DNA from: Escherichia coli
GTDB lineage: Bacteria > Pseudomonadota > Gammaproteobacteria > Enterobacterales > Enterobacteriaceae
Direction: 5' to 3' (one strand)
Length of the DNA stretch: 64,000 bases
Assembly (NCBI RefSeq): GCF_013315695.1
Contig: NZ_CP054356.1
The translations under genes and the position numbers were made by a program. Below, in pieces: positions 62,140-64,000 of this stretch. The notes beneath the pieces are model-generated. The model had not been told where the DNA came from and did no database searches. It saw only the letters and a list, made by a program, of their open reading frames with translations. Positions within the stretch are counted from its first letter, which is position 1. The number at the start of each line of letters is the position of its first letter.

Positions 62140-62877
62140 ATGACATCAGACAATATCGCTGAATATGTTGGTGAGAATAATCAATTTACTGAGAAGCCTG
62201 TAACTGAATACCCCCCGGTGATACAGGATAATACAGTGACCACTAAAGACTATCTGTACAGCAATAATATTGATACTGACCTTTTAGTGGTTATCGGAGG
62301 GCTTATTGTTATATTGTTTCTCATGATGCTTATCATGTACTTTATTAATTCTCTCAGGCATAAGGAATTAACTGAAATACTGGAAAAAATATCTTTTCCT
62401 GAAAAATCCGGGAGCAATTTGCTTAAACCGGAGGCGGTCAGCTGTAATTTGTTGTCCCTGTGTGTGCTGGCACCGGTACTCTGTACACCCAGAAAGCTGG
62501 CAGAAGTCTCCAGGGAGATCATCGTGGCGAGTGCGCAGGAAATTGCATGGACGCCGGGGAGCAGTCGTATTGATGGTCATCAGGGCGAAAATATTACCTG
62601 GTCTCTGTCATCGCAGTCTCCTGCCGATAAGTATGATCTCATCAATAAAACCTCCCGTGTTTCTCCTGACAGTGGCCGTTTTTATGAACCGGACACAGTT
62701 CTGGATCACCGTGAACGGGTACGCCTTTTTATTCAGATCCAGTTTCCGCACGGGAGTGACTGGTCTGAAGTATTGCGACTGACTGACATTGTTACAGAGA
62801 AGGTCTCTTCCGGCAGGGCTGCAGGCGGGTATCACCACCGGCATACAGGGTACACCTGGTCTGTTTCTGTGAATTAA
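62140..62877 (+). CDS. Hypothetical single-pass membrane protein, about 245 aa, inserted between traT and traD
   Basis: GGAGA RBS 9 nt upstream; one predicted TM helix ([22 protein letters not shown]) and a roughly 180-aa C-terminal domain; lies downstream of the traT stem-loop. Confidence 0.45.
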   Translation: MTSDNIAEYVGENNQFTEKPVTEYPPVIQDNTVTTKDYLYSNNIDTDLLVVIGGLIVILFLMMLIMYFINSLRHKELTEILEKISFPEKSGSNLLKPEAVSCNLLSLCVLAPVLCTPRKLAEVSREIIVASAQEIAWTPGSSRIDGHQGENITWSLSSQSPADKYDLINKTSRVSPDSGRFYEPDTVLDHRERVRLFIQIQFPHGSDWSEVLRLTDIVTEKVSSGRAAGGYHHRHTGYTWSVSVN

Positions 62878-62927
62878 CCCCACATCATCCTTTTCTGCCC
62901 TGTTCCAGATTTTCCCGGAGTTTCATC

Positions 62928-64000
62928 ATGAGTTTTAACGCAAAGGATATGACCCAGGGCGGTCAGATTGCGTCCATGCGTATCCGCATGTTCAGCCAGA
63001 TCGCCAATATCATGCTTTACTGCCTGTTTATTTTTTTCTGGATACTCGTTGGTCTGATTTTATGGGTAAAAATAAGCTGGCAGACGTTTGTGAACGGCTG
63101 TATTTACTGGTGGTGTACCACGCTGGAAGGCATGCGGGATTTAATCAAGTCCCAGCCAGTATATGAGATCCAGTATTACGGCAAAACCTTCCGGATGAAC
63201 GCTGCCCAGGTACTGCATGATAAATATATGATCTGGTGCGGAGAGCAGCTATGGTCCGCATTCGTTCTGGCCACAGTTGTGGCACTGGTTATTTGCCTGA
63301 TCACCTTCTTTGTTGTCTCCTGGATTCTGGGGCGTCAGGGTAAACAACAGAGCGAAAATGAAGTCACAGGTGGTCGTCAGCTGACAGACAATCCGAAAGA
63401 CGTTGCCCGGATGCTGAAAAAAGACGGCAAGGACTCCGATATCCGGATTGGCGACCTGCCGATTATCCGGGATTCCGAAATCCAGAACTTCTGTCTGCAC
63501 GGCACGGTCGGGGCCGGTAAGTCGGAGGTTATCCGTCGTCTGGCCAACTATGCCCGTCAGCGCGGTGATATGGTGGTGATTTATGACCGTTCAGGGGAAT
63601 TTGTTAAAAGTTACTATGATCCCTCCATCGATAAAATCCTGAATCCGCTGGATGCCCGCTGTGCCGCATGGGATTTGTGGAAGGAGTGCCTGACACAGCC
63701 GGATTTTGATAATACCGCAAATACTCTGATCCCTATGGGTACAAAAGAGGACCCGTTCTGGCAGGGTTCAGGACGTACCATTTTTGCGGAAGCGGCGTAC
63801 CTGATGCGTAATGACCCCAACCGCAGCTACAGCAAACTGGTGGACACACTGCTTTCCATCAAAATTGAAAAACTGCGTACCTTCCTGCGTAATTCACCGG
63901 CAGCCAACCTGGTGGAAGAGAAAATTGAGAAAACGGCGATTTCCATCCGTGCTGTGCTGACCAACTACGTGAAAGCCATCCGTTACCTGCAGGGGATTGA
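62928..64000 (+). CDS. traD: Coupling protein TraD (VirD4-like), 5' portion only; continues beyond the window
   Basis: Translation [34 protein letters not shown]... with Walker A GTVGAGKS; no stop within the window. Confidence 0.9.
   Translation, partial: MSFNAKDMTQGGQIASMRIRMFSQIANIMLYCLFIFFWILVGLILWVKISWQTFVNGCIYWWCTTLEGMRDLIKSQPVYEIQYYGKTFRMNAAQVLHDKYMIWCGEQLWSAFVLATVVALVICLITFFVVSWILGRQGKQQSENEVTGGRQLTDNPKDVARMLKKDGKDSDIRIGDLPIIRDSEIQNFCLHGTVGAGKSEVIRRLANYARQRGDMVVIYDRSGEFVKSYYDPSIDKILNPLDARCAAWDLWKECLTQPDFDNTANTLIPMGTKEDPFWQGSGRTIFAEAAYLMRNDPNRSYSKLVDTLLSIKIEKLRTFLRNSPAANLVEEKIEKTAISIRAVLTNYVKAIRYLQGI

Overview
This window reads as one contiguous segment of an IncFII (F-like) conjugative resistance/bacteriocin plasmid. 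All assignments come from reading the sequence and ORF translations and from recall of known protein families; no database search was run. Layout, left to right: (1) RepA1 replication initiator (1-858) and the downstream oriR with a DnaA box; (2) a ParD/ParE-like toxin-antitoxin pair; (3) an accessory island holding a Tn5403-like Tn3-family transposon (tnpA/tnpR, 48-bp IRs, TATTT target duplication) inserted inside an unknown gene, a complete Tn2/Tn3 element carrying blaTEM-1 (38-bp IRs, GTTTT target duplication), a 256-bp ORF-less element bounded by Tn3-family-type 38-bp IRs (TIME-like), and the complete microcin B17 operon mcbABCDEFG on the minus strand; (4) a hexapeptide-repeat acyltransferase and the parMRC (stbAB) partition locus; (5) the leading region on the plus strand, with two repeat families resembling ssDNA promoter (Frpo/ssi) elements, two orphan methyltransferases, klcA/ardB, ssb, a ParB-like nuclease-domain protein, psiB/psiA, hok/mok and several uncharacterised ORFs; (6) the lytic transglycosylase gene X, oriT with an F-type nic sequence, and the tra operon from traM to a 3'-truncated traD. 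Most of this is well-described biology. The parts not explained by the canonical F/R100 backbone, and the best places to look for something new, are the unknown gene split by the transposon, the TIME-like element, the repeat architecture of the leading region with its uncharacterised ORFs, and three extra ORF insertions inside the tra operon (traR-traC, traU-trbC, traT-traD). I cannot show that any of these is undescribed.
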